Below are positions 16,943 through 27,500 of a DNA stretch of 50,432 nt, piece after piece. How positions within the stretch are numbered: position 1 is the first letter of the stretch; each line of letters begins with the position of its first letter. Both the position numbers and the translations under genes were made by a program. The DNA is from a virus. Location: IMG/VR virus record IMGVR_UViG_3300029258_003011; one strand, written 5' to 3'. The notes beneath the pieces are model-generated. The model saw nothing but the letters and a program-made list of their open reading frames with translations, had not been told where the DNA came from and ran no database searches.

Positions 16943-17917
16943 TTAGAAATCCAAATCCTCAAATGAAAATGTTGGTTGTGTGGTCTTCTCAGTTGAAGGT
17001 TTTGCTGCGGTTGTATCTGGAGCAGCTGCTGTTCCTTCATTTTGGGGAGTTTTCTCCTCTCCTCCAAATGGTGGTGCATCATCGACCTGCATAAGACCAT
17101 CATTTCCACCCTGTTGTGCTTGGGGAGAATAACCGGCAGATGCTTGATTTGAATTGGTTGTCCAGTTAAATTTTTCATTGAATTTATCCAAGGACTTTTT
17201 TGCCAACTCAAGAATCTTTGCAACTGCTTCATTTGGAATTTGAATCCCTGCCGTTAGTTTAAACACTTTCTTTGGACCATAGTTTGAGGGAACTTCATCA
17301 ATGTTAACGCTGGCCACAAAACGTTTATTATTGACTACTGCTTTTTCAAATCGTTTGCTTTCTTCGGTTTGGGGTTCAAAGAAAGGTTCCAGATCCAACC
17401 CTGCCATCTCGCTGAGATAATCAGCGATTGGTGCGTATTTCATTCCTTTCCCTCTAAGGAATACGAAAGTTGGTTTTCCGTCTTCTTTCTTTACTGGTTG
17501 ACCACTTGCATCACACAATATTCCTGCTACAATCATTTGGGCACGGCATTGTTGACACCACGGATCTGCTGCTCTTTCTGCGGAATTTGTTCCACATTGG
17601 TGGTTTTGGTGAGTTCCATGCCATGGAGGCGGACCCTGCTGAAATGAAAAGCACTTCACAGTTTCTCTTCCACTCTGAGCATCTCTATCTGTTTTCACCA
17701 AAACTTGTTTCGTATGGGTAATAATCATATGGATCATATCCTTATTGTATTCTACCCCACGAATCTGAAGTTTTCCTGCTTCTTCCGAAATGTTTTCTTG
17801 ATTCGTTCTTGTAACTCCAGCTATATATACGCTGTGAAAGAACTCATCTTTCGGATCTGTCGGTTTTCGATCTGCATAACCTGTTGCTCCCAGATCTTGA
17901 TAATCACTGTAATCCAT
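16943..17917 (-). CDS. ssDNA-binding protein, T4 gp32-like (Zn-binding subdomain, acidic C-terminal tail)
   Basis: His/Cys cluster 'WHGTHQNHQCGTNSAERAADPWCQQC' (H...C-x13-C-x2-C) resembles the gp32 Zn site. The extreme C-terminus 'FSFEDLDF' is acidic. Strong SD AAGGAGG upstream. Confidence 0.5.
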   Translation of the reverse strand: MDYSDYQDLGATGYADRKPTDPKDEFFHSVYIAGVTRTNQENISEEAGKLQIRGVEYNKDMIHMIITHTKQVLVKTDRDAQSGRETVKCFSFQQGPPPWHGTHQNHQCGTNSAERAADPWCQQCRAQMIVAGILCDASGQPVKKEDGKPTFVFLRGKGMKYAPIADYLSEMAGLDLEPFFEPQTEESKRFEKAVVNNKRFVASVNIDEVPSNYGPKKVFKLTAGIQIPNEAVAKILELAKKSLDKFNEKFNWTTNSNQASAGYSPQAQQGGNDGLMQVDDAPPFGGEEKTPQNEGTAAAPDTTAAKPSTEKTTQPTFSFEDLDF

Positions 17918-17961
17918 TGTGCTTTTCCTCCTTTGTGATGGTTGATTGAGTATTAATTGTT

Positions 17962-18603
17962 TTACCTATTTGGAATAAGACACCAATTTGAAAAGTTTCT
18001 ATCCTCCGGCAATGTCATTATAGAAAATTCCTTGCTGAACCAACATTTGACATGCTGACTTATCAAATCGTTTGACAATATGTGTACTGAATTATATTTA
18101 GGAAGTTTTGTAAAATCTGGATCTTCAATAGTTATTGGTTTGACTCTCCTAACTTTTTCATCCGTAATGGGTGGGATGATTAAAGTTGGATGGGGACAAT
18201 ATATAATTACCAGTCTTTTACCAACCATTCTAAATATTTCATTCTTATACATATACACATTTGTGTCCAGATCATATAATACTTTATCAGCATTAAGAAC
18301 CCTGTCAATTGAAGTATGCTGTCTACAAAGAACCCCATTTTTTGATTTATCTTTGCAGTCTTTGCAATCTGGCTGGTTAACTTTGTAGTTAAATCCTCGG
18401 AGTTCAAACTTAGAATCCGCTGCTTTATTAAAGTAAAACATGATTCTTCTTTTATTCAGGAGAAATTTTATCAAAGTTATTGCATATACGTCAACTTCTA
18501 ATTTCTCTGTAAATTGCTCAGCTGATATTACTTTCATGATTCCCCCAGATGCCAAAATTGCAAAACAAAAACGACAAAAACGAAAAAATGTTAAAATAAC
18601 CAA
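17962..18603 (-). CDS. Hypothetical protein (true start possibly at internal Met ~18537, 'MKVISAEQ', preceded by GGGGGAA)
   Basis: 213-aa ORF. The N-terminal 22 aa (FRFCRFCF) look like read-through of an A-rich non-coding tandem 9-mer (acaaaaacg x2). No motif recognised. Confidence 0.35.
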   Translation of the reverse strand: MVILTFFRFCRFCFAILASGGIMKVISAEQFTEKLEVDVYAITLIKFLLNKRRIMFYFNKAADSKFELRGFNYKVNQPDCKDCKDKSKNGVLCRQHTSIDRVLNADKVLYDLDTNVYMYKNEIFRMVGKRLVIIYCPHPTLIIPPITDEKVRRVKPITIEDPDFTKLPKYNSVHILSNDLISQHVKCWFSKEFSIMTLPEDRNFSNWCLIPNR

Positions 18604-18612
18604 GTCCGTCGC

Positions 18613-18732
18613 CCAATCTTTCTAGACTGACTTAAACGAAGTTTGTTGACAATACAGATAAATTAGTAAATGAATACTAAATTTAAAAGTATCATGCAAC
18701 AAACCGTGTTTAAATCAATCTAGAAAGATTGG
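18613..18732. repeat. Nested long inverted repeats (14-bp ccaatctttctaga/tctagaaagattgg outer; 8-bp gtttgttg/caacaaac inner)
   Basis: Outer perfect 14-bp arms at 18613-18626 and 18719-18732. Inner 8-bp arms at 18641-18648 and 18697-18704. A TTGACA hexamer lies within the loop. Potential ~120-nt cruciform or structured RNA. Confidence 0.6.
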
Positions 18733-18938
18733 ACAACGGAATGGCTTTCTACTTGAAGCACATAAATTAAATTACCGTAGTATTTTCTTTATGCACATAT
18801 TAAAATATAATAAGATTGAGGAGATTATCTAATCTTCCCTAAACCAATTTCCTCTATTATGACATATCGAAAATTGGCTCTCACTATATTGCTACATAAG
18901 TAGCCAATGGCTATCTTATGTTTTTAACTGCTTGATCC

Positions 18939-18958
18939 AAGAGTCTCTGACTCTTTTT
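18939..18958 (+). terminator. Plus-strand intrinsic-terminator-like hairpin (aagagtc-tct-gactcttttt)
   Basis: 7-bp stem, 3-nt loop, T5 run on the plus strand only. Lies in a region with no plus-strand CDS, which suggests a short plus-strand transcript. Confidence 0.35.
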
Positions 18959-18988
18959 GAGAATATTATAGGCATTCTCGTCACCTCT

Positions 18989-19264
18989 TTAAGTGTTATC
19001 AATAAGAACTTTGGGAACCTTCAATCCAAGAAATTGTGCAACCTTTACTGCAATTTCTCGTTCTGCAGAATATAAAAAAACTTCTACTCTTCGAATCAAT
19101 TTCTTTTTATTTTTACTTCCAACTTCACCGGCAAGATTTTTGGACGCCTTTAGTCCAAGGTGATCTCTTGCTACCTCTACAACTTGCTCAGAATCTTTTT
19201 GATACAAACAATTTATGATTCGACGAACAAGTTTTTTCCAGTTTTGCTCAATATAAGAGCTCAT
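18989..19264 (-). CDS. Hypothetical small basic protein isolated between two long non-coding regions
   Basis: 91 aa, K/R-rich ('SKNKKKLIRR'). Flanked by a 385-nt and a 305-nt non-coding gap. Preceded by a 20-codon uORF. Confidence 0.4.
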   Translation of the reverse strand: MSSYIEQNWKKLVRRIINCLYQKDSEQVVEVARDHLGLKASKNLAGEVGSKNKKKLIRRVEVFLYSAEREIAVKVAQFLGLKVPKVLIDNT

Positions 19265-19267
19265 GGA

Positions 19268-19330
19268 CTATCCAGTTTCCTGACTAAAGTTGATATTTTC
19301 TTCAACCAACCAGACTATAAATTCCCTCAT
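19268..19330 (-). CDS. Candidate 20-aa upstream small ORF / leader peptide (MREFIVWLVEENINFSQETG)
   Basis: Strong SD 'AAGGAGGAAGAAGAC' then ATG. Stop TAG lies 3 nt before the ATG of the 91-aa gene. Too short for the ORF track. Confidence 0.25.
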   Translation of the reverse strand: MREFIVWLVEENINFSQETG

Positions 19331-19391
19331 GTCTTCTTCCTCCTTTACACTAAAAGTTAATTTCCAACATAAAATTATTTTTGCCGACGTA

Positions 19392-19416
19392 GGAAGAAAT
19401 ATACTCCATTTCTTCC
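19392..19416 (-). terminator. 9-bp stem-loop (ggaagaaat-7nt-atttcttcc) in the 305-nt non-coding region
   Basis: Perfect inverted repeat, flanked by A/T-rich sequence on both sides. Strand symmetric. Confidence 0.4.
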
Positions 19417-19505
19417 ATAACAGATAAAAATTTAAGGAACAATTTCTATCTACTGGAAATTAATATATATAGTATATTGGAGTTTTTATGATTTTTACCT
19501 TTTCC

Positions 19506-19570
19506 ATTTGAGTCGTTTTTGAATCTTTTTGTGTTGCTTATTTGAATCTTATTTGAGTCTTTTTGTTTTT
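19506..19570. repeat. Iteron-like direct repeats (tttgaRtc + T-run, 4 copies)
   Basis: 'tttgagtc' at 19508 and 19552. 'tttgaatc' at 19518 and 19541. Each is followed by T-runs, in AT-rich non-coding DNA. Confidence 0.5.
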
Positions 19571-19839
19571 TATTTAACTTTTACTGAAACCGGTGTTTGA
19601 AAGTTTTTGAGATCTATAAGAATGTCTGCATTCTTAAATCGGTCAAATGTTGAGATTATTCTGTCCTTCATATCAGGAGGCATAAAAGAATCTGTGGCAT
19701 AAATATGTAATCCATTCTTTAGATTAAAAACTATACCATCATGACTATGCTTTATTTCAATAATCTCTTCCCTCTGAACTTCAATTTGTGTGCCATTACT
19801 GAAAATGGTTACTTTTTCTGTTTTGGTTTCCTCACTCAT
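19570..19839 (-). CDS. Hypothetical protein
   Basis: 89-aa ORF with SD 'GGGGGAA'. Last gene of the RNAP gene string. No motif. Confidence 0.4.
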   Translation of the reverse strand: MSEETKTEKVTIFSNGTQIEVQREEIIEIKHSHDGIVFNLKNGLHIYATDSFMPPDMKDRIISTFDRFKNADILIDLKNFQTPVSVKVK

Positions 19840-19842
19840 TTC

Positions 19843-20436
19843 TCAAATTCCCCCTTGTAAATTTCGCAAAATAATTTCCATCCTATTGTTAACTGTTCGC
19901 GTAATTATAAACCCTAGTATTCCCTTTTTGTAATATGTTCTAAGAAAAATAGAAACCATCTCATTTATATTTGAGATCTCATCCACCTCTTCTATTTCTG
20001 ATATTACCTTCTTACTGTTACTATAACAGTATTCTTCAATATTAAGATTTTTTAAATCTTCTCCCAAAAATGCCCATAATCGAGCTAAAAAATCAATATG
20101 GTCATATTCTAAAAACTCGAGAAATTCAAGAACCCGATCTACATCTTCTTGACTATCAATATAAATATTCTCTGGAAAAATAAATTCATAAACCTCTTCA
20201 ATTTTCTCAAGAATTGAATTGCATAGCTCCTTCTGAGCTATAATATCTTGTTTCCTTATATCATTTTTTGCTATCAAATAAATAGTTTTAAATTCTTCTG
20301 TACCTATAGAATTTATAATATCGGAAAAGTCGTGGAGGAATGACGCAATATTTTCCTTTCCTTTTTCTTCTTCATCATCTAACTCAAACGTACGAACACT
20401 ATTTCCCGCCAAAACTCTTACCATTTCTTGTTCCAA
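19843..20436 (-). CDS. Hypothetical acidic protein immediately downstream of RNAP beta
   Basis: 197 aa, acidic with 'LEFLEFLEYDHIDFLARL'. Start abuts the beta gene stop with a 1-nt gap. Confidence 0.4.
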   Translation of the reverse strand: MEQEMVRVLAGNSVRTFELDDEEEKGKENIASFLHDFSDIINSIGTEEFKTIYLIAKNDIRKQDIIAQKELCNSILEKIEEVYEFIFPENIYIDSQEDVDRVLEFLEFLEYDHIDFLARLWAFLGEDLKNLNIEEYCYSNSKKVISEIEEVDEISNINEMVSIFLRTYYKKGILGFIITRTVNNRMEIILRNLQGGI

Positions 20437-20437
20437 T

Positions 20438-23400
20438 TTATTTTCCTCCTATCATAAGTGCTGTCATATAAGCATTCAGAAGGTCTTTTCCTGGAGTAAC
20501 TTTTGCTGGTCTATAATTAGCAGAACCAGTTTCTACAATATCTGCTATTATTTCATTTTTAGTTCCTGCATCATCAGATAGTGCTCCAAAGAATTCTGAT
20601 AATACTAATGGACAATTATAAGAAATCAAAGAATAAGTATCCAATTCTCCCATTCTCTGACCACCTTCTTTTCTCTTTCCTGCAGTCGGTTGCATTACTT
20701 TTCCTGTAACAGGTCCGGTTGATCTAGCATGAAGTTTTTCAGCGCCGATATGTTCAAGTTTTACAAAATATGAATAACCAACAGGAACTTTGGTCTTTGT
20801 CTTAGTATTATATTCTGGCAACTTCAGATTGTATCCACTTTTAAGATCCAATACTTTCATTGCAGCAATGATTTCCTTATACGCAGGAGCTTTAAATGGC
20901 GGAATTAGTAAAGTAAATGTATTGCTTTGTTTTATTTGCTCTACAAATATTTTGAATTGCCTTGTTGATAATCCATTAAAATTCTTTATTATTCCATTTG
21001 AAAAATCAGGATTTTTTGAATATAGTTTTGGCAATACTTTTTTCATCATAGCAATAACAGAAGTTTTTGATGGATTTTTCAAAATGACTTTTGCCATTTC
21101 TTTTCCTATGAGACCACTATATAGTTCATAAAATTGCCCCATATTCATTCTGTTTATTACACCAATTGGATTGCATATAATTTCAACTTTATCTCCCCAC
21201 GGAGTTACTGGCATAATCTCATCTTTTTCTACTAATGAAATAATTCCTTTTGCACCATGTCTATTTGTAAGTTTATCACCAACATTGACATGAAGTTCTT
21301 GCTCTATCTTAAATCGAATAAGAACTCCTTTTATTGTAACTCCTCGTTCAGTAAACTTTATTCGGGGTGGTTTTTTATGTCTTTTTGCAGTCCTTGCTGC
21401 CAAATCTTTCAACATAGGAAAGGTTGATTCAGGCACGTTAGAGAACACTTCAATATCAACAATAGTCCCGCCAGGCGATTTTTTAATAAACTGTCCACCA
21501 AAAATTTCCTCCCCTTCTTCATCTTCGCTTACTCCTATTAGTTGCTCAATCTCACCAATGGTCTTTCTTAATATTGGATCTCCTTTTTTGGTTTTATCTC
21601 CAATACTGGCAATATCAAGCAATCTATCTTCTTTTGATAATAAAACATCTTCAACAATACCATGTAAGGATGTAAGCTTTTCTTCATTAAGAACCGATTC
21701 ACTAATTACAATTCCATCCTCAAAATTGTAACCTTTATATGGCATTAGAGCAACACAAAGAGTTCTTCCCAATGAAATAGATCCTTTATCAATTGAGCTA
21801 CCTTCGGATGCTATATGTCCTTGTTTTATAGTTTGTCCTTCTGTCACTTTATTTTTAAATACACTTAGGGTATCTTTACCAGAACCTGATTTTAAATGAA
21901 CAGGTGTTGTGTCTATAGTATGTTTCTTTCCATTTGTGCATGTAATAATAACATTATCATCAGTAACTTTAGTAACCTTTCCAGAGCAAGGTGATTTCTT
22001 TACAAATACATCAGATAATGAATTAGTAAGCATTGATTCATATCCAGTTTGAACGACTGGAGCTTCTGGATTTTTCAATGGAACAGCTTGTCTCATTTGA
22101 TTAGCGCCAAACATTACTCGTGGACCATCATTATTTTCTATGAATGGAATAAGAGAAGTAGTTGTAGATAGAAGTCCAGAATTCTCTCCTTCTTTCATTT
22201 CTTTTTCTAAAAATAATCCTCTTGCTGACGTAATGTATGCGTCTACTGTCAAATGTTGTGCAATTCCAACATTATCACTTTCTGAAGTATCGAGAGGATC
22301 TATATTTCCATACATAGAAGGATGAACGTCTCTGCCTTCCATTGTTATAGCACCTTTATCAGGAATTCCTCCTATTGATTTTCCTATTGGTGAGACTCTA
22401 GTCATTGATGCCATTTCTTCGACAGGGTTTGCAAATTCCATATCAGCAACAATTTCAGAATTTACAAAGTCGCTCATTACTTTCCCTTGAGGTATTGAAA
22501 ATTGAGCTTCTTTGTTTCCAGATAATACTTTCTCTTTATATTCAGTATATGCTGCAAGAATTTGTTTTTGAGCTAAGTGAACAATAATTTCAGAATTTCT
22601 AATTCTTTGATTTGATATATCGTTCCTTTGCTGAGTAAAACCAGTCACAACTTTTGCTGCCATATAGTGCATTATTTGCTCTAATTCATAAGGCAATTGT
22701 TTATTAATCAATACTTGTTTTGCAACTGGGTCAACAATATTTTCAAGATTTGATGAAATCAAAAATGTTGAATTTACTCGACCTGTCATTCCTATAATAA
22801 GATCATTGAAATAATCTTTGGTTCCAAATTCTTTATCAATTGAATAAACTGAAAAGTCATTTCTTACAAAAGATTGACATAATTCTTTTTGAAGTTCAGA
22901 CTCTGCTCCTTCAAATACTATATATTCATCATCTGAAATTTTGGTAGAGAATTCTATATCTTTAGTTGGAGCATCTTTTGTTATTCTATGTTTAATTTTG
23001 AATGCTTTTAGTGTTTTATCAAAACCAAAACTATATGATAATACAACCATTAGAGGGAGCTTATATGACGCCATATAAACCTCTAAATGCGATTCACGCT
23101 TGGTACGCTTACTCTGTATATGGAACGCCGAGTAACTACTTTCAAACTTGGAATCATAAGGTTTAGGAAAGGTTATTGGGCATAAAACAATCTGATTGAT
23201 AAGACATTTTCTTCGTCCATTTATTTCAAACGTACCATCCTTTCCTATCTTAGGAATGTCTATTATAATCTCATGGGTATTTTTGAAATCATCTGTCAAT
23301 ACTACCTTTATAGTGCTAATATCAGATCTATCTATTTCCCCCTCTTTTTGCTTTTTATCTACAATTGAAATGCTTTTTGTTTTTAATGGAACTTCCTTCG

Positions 23401-24529
23401 TAGTGAGCACTTTGAAAGAATTTGTCATGTCAGTCTTTAGATTCTTTTCAAAATCAACCTGTCTTTTCTCAAATAGATGTTCCGGAGATTTATTATCGAC
23501 CGCTTTTTCAATATTGGATGATTGAACTATTATATCTTCAGATGCAGTCTTGGGTTTCTTTCTTTCCAATAATTCATCAGCGAATCTTTTATCAACCTTT
23601 TTAAGAACTGCGGATTTCTTATCTGCTTTTACAGATTTAGCTCCAAGTTTTGCTCTATTTATATTACCACTAGTTTTATGAAGAATTGATGCCGTAGCAA
23701 TCTCTTTTCCATCATTGCTATCGAAATCTCCAGAACTTATTTTTTGAAGTGTTTCTTCATCCTTAGCAAGGTAAGTCTTAACAGCAGAAGCAACTTTGCT
23801 TGTATTCTTTGGTGAAATATCTCCAGATATTTTTTTCATCACCATATTTGCTGCTTTATCTATTTCTTCTTGTTTTTCTTCTTCGGTCGTAGATATCTTT
23901 ATATTCTTAATCATTTGTTTAACACGACCAAAATGAAAAGTTCTGTCTTTAACAAGAAGTCTATATGCTGATGTTTCTTCAGTTTTTACATTTAAAAGCA
24001 TATGGTCAAAATATAGTTGCTCCTCTTTCATTTGAAGAAGTATGGTAAATATCTTCCTATTTATGAAAGTATTTATTTCTTTATTTGAATCAACTGAATA
24101 TATAAGGACCTTTTTGAAGTTATTAGGATAAGAAGAAAATACTTTTTGAAGCATATTTCTTATTAAGAAACCAGCTCGTTGCCTATAATGAGAGGGTTTA
24201 AATGAAGTATCAATTGCTTTAAGAAATGCTGACAAATCATAAATGATATTTTTTCCTTCTGGCACTTTTTGAGTTGATAAATATGCCTGTAGACCACTTG
24301 CTTTATATAGTGCTCTGTCTTCTTGATCAAGTCGAGATCTTGGGATTTTTGTAAATGGGACGACTACATGCCTTGCGTCAGTTCGTCTAATATTTAGTGC
24401 TTTATACCCATCAGTCAATTCCGAGTTTTCGCTAAAAAACACTATTAGGAATGGTTCTTTAGGATCTGGTTTGAATCGCACCCCATCAACAACATGTGTA
24501 TATGGTCTTAGTTTATCAAATTGAATCAT
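20438..24529 (-). CDS. rpoB: DNA-directed RNA polymerase beta subunit homolog (full-length, unsplit)
   Basis: 1363 aa. 'NRHGAKGIISLVEKDEIMPVTPWGDKVEIICNPIGVINRMNMGQFYE' aligns with the bacterial beta 'RHGNKGVISK...DIVLNPLGVPSRMNIGQ' catalytic region. C-terminal 'GGQRMGELD...' beta clamp motif. Confidence 0.9.
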   Translation of the reverse strand: MIQFDKLRPYTHVVDGVRFKPDPKEPFLIVFFSENSELTDGYKALNIRRTDARHVVVPFTKIPRSRLDQEDRALYKASGLQAYLSTQKVPEGKNIIYDLSAFLKAIDTSFKPSHYRQRAGFLIRNMLQKVFSSYPNNFKKVLIYSVDSNKEINTFINRKIFTILLQMKEEQLYFDHMLLNVKTEETSAYRLLVKDRTFHFGRVKQMIKNIKISTTEEEKQEEIDKAANMVMKKISGDISPKNTSKVASAVKTYLAKDEETLQKISSGDFDSNDGKEIATASILHKTSGNINRAKLGAKSVKADKKSAVLKKVDKRFADELLERKKPKTASEDIIVQSSNIEKAVDNKSPEHLFEKRQVDFEKNLKTDMTNSFKVLTTKEVPLKTKSISIVDKKQKEGEIDRSDISTIKVVLTDDFKNTHEIIIDIPKIGKDGTFEINGRRKCLINQIVLCPITFPKPYDSKFESSYSAFHIQSKRTKRESHLEVYMASYKLPLMVVLSYSFGFDKTLKAFKIKHRITKDAPTKDIEFSTKISDDEYIVFEGAESELQKELCQSFVRNDFSVYSIDKEFGTKDYFNDLIIGMTGRVNSTFLISSNLENIVDPVAKQVLINKQLPYELEQIMHYMAAKVVTGFTQQRNDISNQRIRNSEIIVHLAQKQILAAYTEYKEKVLSGNKEAQFSIPQGKVMSDFVNSEIVADMEFANPVEEMASMTRVSPIGKSIGGIPDKGAITMEGRDVHPSMYGNIDPLDTSESDNVGIAQHLTVDAYITSARGLFLEKEMKEGENSGLLSTTTSLIPFIENNDGPRVMFGANQMRQAVPLKNPEAPVVQTGYESMLTNSLSDVFVKKSPCSGKVTKVTDDNVIITCTNGKKHTIDTTPVHLKSGSGKDTLSVFKNKVTEGQTIKQGHIASEGSSIDKGSISLGRTLCVALMPYKGYNFEDGIVISESVLNEEKLTSLHGIVEDVLLSKEDRLLDIASIGDKTKKGDPILRKTIGEIEQLIGVSEDEEGEEIFGGQFIKKSPGGTIVDIEVFSNVPESTFPMLKDLAARTAKRHKKPPRIKFTERGVTIKGVLIRFKIEQELHVNVGDKLTNRHGAKGIISLVEKDEIMPVTPWGDKVEIICNPIGVINRMNMGQFYELYSGLIGKEMAKVILKNPSKTSVIAMMKKVLPKLYSKNPDFSNGIIKNFNGLSTRQFKIFVEQIKQSNTFTLLIPPFKAPAYKEIIAAMKVLDLKSGYNLKLPEYNTKTKTKVPVGYSYFVKLEHIGAEKLHARSTGPVTGKVMQPTAGKRKEGGQRMGELDTYSLISYNCPLVLSEFFGALSDDAGTKNEIIADIVETGSANYRPAKVTPGKDLLNAYMTALMIGGK

Positions 24530-24547
24530 TATATGATCTCCATCATA

Positions 24548-27500
24548 TTATCTCTTCTTGGTTTCAAGAACATCTCCTGTAACAATCTTTTCAATAATTG
24601 AAGGATCTATATCTTCTTCTGATATTAGTCCAGTTCTTATTGCTTCTCCAACATTTTCAAATGCTAATCCTTGAAGGAATCCTCCAGAAAATACCACCTT
24701 TTTTATATTTATAAGTACAGGATCATATGGTTCTACAAGTCGTGCGGGAATATGAATATTATCTTTATTTCTTAAAACCTGTGAGCATAACACCTCAATA
24801 TGTACAGAATCCATATCTGTAAGAGGAGGGGAATATACTCCAAGAACCCTTTTATATAAATGTTGGGCATCCTTTAATATTTCTCTTCCTCCAAGAAGTC
24901 TTTCAACAAATGCGACCTGACCTTTAATTTCTGAAGCTTCTGTTGATACTTCAAGAACTGTACTATTTGGAGGAAATGTCAATTTAATAAATTCTCTAGT
25001 TTTTTCTATTTCATAAACTGAGAATGATACTGAATAATCAAGAACCATATCAAATATTACATCCGCATATTCAACTCTTGCAATAACACTTTTTACCCAT
25101 AATTTATCATCTTCTAGTTTTATACTATCTGTTGTTTTATAATCTGCTAATGATATGGTTACTGAGCATGGACTTTTTGTTACTAGATTGTTTTCCTCCT
25201 GATTTAGATATTTAGATATAGATCCTTTGTCTAAATTTGAAAGAGGATCTCCATCAATGATATCTTGAGTCATATCATGCTTAATTAATTCAACCGCACC
25301 TCCCGTATGAAAGGTTCTCATAATCATCTGAGTTCCGCGTTCTCCAATTGATTGTGCAGCGATTATTCCAATGTACGGACTTCTATGTCTTTTTAATAGT
25401 TCGCCATAACATTTGAAACATATTTTTGATGACTTACAAAACATTGGGGATCTTAGTTTTATCACTTGACCAACTTTATAATCCTTCTCTTTAAAAACTT
25501 TTGATCCTACGTATCTTCCATCCAACCTTTTCATTAAATCGCTTGTAAGTTTTATAGTAAGAGTTTTCTTTGTACCACAGTCCATTAAATATTGGTCTGC
25601 TTCTACTGAATTTAATACAAATGCTAATTTTCTTGACATATATCCAGTATCCGCAGTATTTAAAACCCTATCAATAATACCTTTTCTTGCACCAGAAGAA
25701 GCATTAAAAAATTCTTTATTTGATAGTCCGTCTGAGTAAGAACCAGAAATTGGATCAAGAACATTTCCTTGTGGATCTGCAATAATACCTTTAGCAACCA
25801 GAATCTGCATTGCTTGACCCATCCCTTTTCCTGCTCCAGAATCCATTAAATCTCCAAATCCAGTATCCTTTATATGTTTCTTCACAATTTTCTCTGCTTG
25901 TTTTAATAACACTTCTGCTTCTTCAGGAGACGACGATTCTATTTTCTTTTTAATTGTGTATACTTCAGACGGAAGTTCTAATATATCTAAAGTTATACTT
26001 GGAGACATTATAGTTGCCCATTTGAATGCAACCTTTTCCATTTTACTTACAGAGTCTTTTATAGTCTCCATTTTATATTTCTTAGATAATTCCTTGATTA
26101 TAGAGTTTCCTAATTTTTTAGTTATTACTCCATCTTGAAAAGGAAAAGCTTTTGGAAAACAACTATTGAATATAGCTCTTCCCATTGTGGTAGTCATCCC
26201 TTTATATTTTACAGGAATTGTGGGATCATTTGCATTTTCAAGATCCTCTTCTTTAACTGCAATTGGAGATTGTTTTTTCTTTACTCCTTTAGTTAAAGTA
26301 TATAATCCAACCCACATTTCTTTACTTAATTCAAAATTTAAACTATCCGTACGAGCAGTACCAATTCCAGTCATCATTCTTGTTCTTGCTTCTTCTTGAG
26401 CTTCATCTGTTATTGGGTGATATACCGCCATTGTGTCTCCATCAAAATCTGCATTGTGAGCACCAACTTGCATTGTACACATCTGAATGGTATCACCCGA
26501 GTGTAAGATAGGATAGTATGCTGCATATGATCCAGTATGAAGAACTGGGTCTCTCTTTACTAAAACAACTCTTCCTCTCATAGAAACTTCAGCAGCTTCA
26601 TATATTACTTCATAAAGTCCTTCTGGTATTTTATCTCCACCTCTTATTCCCTTAAGAACTCTTCTTAAATTATCAACTGAAAGGTCTAATCCTGTATAAT
26701 CCTTTATCTCATTTTCTAGTCTTTTGGTAATTATTTTGTTTTTATACATCAGATGATGTATAATAAAGGGTTCAAATAAACTTACTGCCATTCTTAAAGG
26801 CAATCCGACTTCATCAATTTTAAGATCAGGACCTGGTGTAATTACCGCTCTTCCTGAAAAATCAGTTCTTTTGCCAAGCATTTGATTTCTTATTAGTCCG
26901 CTTTTTTTGGCAATTTTAGTTCTGATATATGCATCATGGTCTTTAACAGAATTTTGAAGGGCATAAGTTAGAAGATCAAGTAAAGGTCCACCACCAGAAC
27001 TTTTTACTTGGAATGTTCTTCTGATTATAACTTGATACATATCGTTTAGTTTATCAATTACCCATTCTCCACTACTTTCATCTTTATATGCAGATCTATA
27101 TTCAGGCGGGATAACTGGAAGTTTATTAATAAAAACATTTCCTGATTTATATTCTTTTTTAAGAACATTTACAAACTTCTCTCTAGATGTTGTTCCAGTT
27201 CTAAATTCTATTTTTGGAAACATTTTTACAAATTCGGATATTCCTGTTACTCCATTTTCATCTTCTACTAACATTCCATCTTTATCAAGAGAGAATGATG
27301 ATTCTGTAGATAGAAATTTAGATATTTTTTTATCAAGACGAAGAATTACATCAAGAGCGGTTGGATGAATAATTGTAGCTTGAAGATCAATATAAGCATA
27401 TATTTTTTTTCTTTCTAACGAACCAACCACGCCAAAAATATCTTCTGAAAATACTCCTTCTGGGTGAAACTCATCTGGTCTTGAGAAGTATTCCGCTGAT

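Noticed and set aside
16882-17232. 116-aa minus-strand ORF in an alternate frame
   Set aside because: It is fully nested inside the gp32-like ORF (16943..17917) in another frame. It is Q/H/R-rich and low-complexity, so it is most likely a spurious frame artefact.
18604-19569. tRNA or CRISPR array in the long non-coding regions
   Set aside because: There is no T-loop (GTTCRANYC) or cloverleaf-compatible arrangement. The repeats are short iteron-like units without regularly spaced unique spacers, so it is not a CRISPR array.
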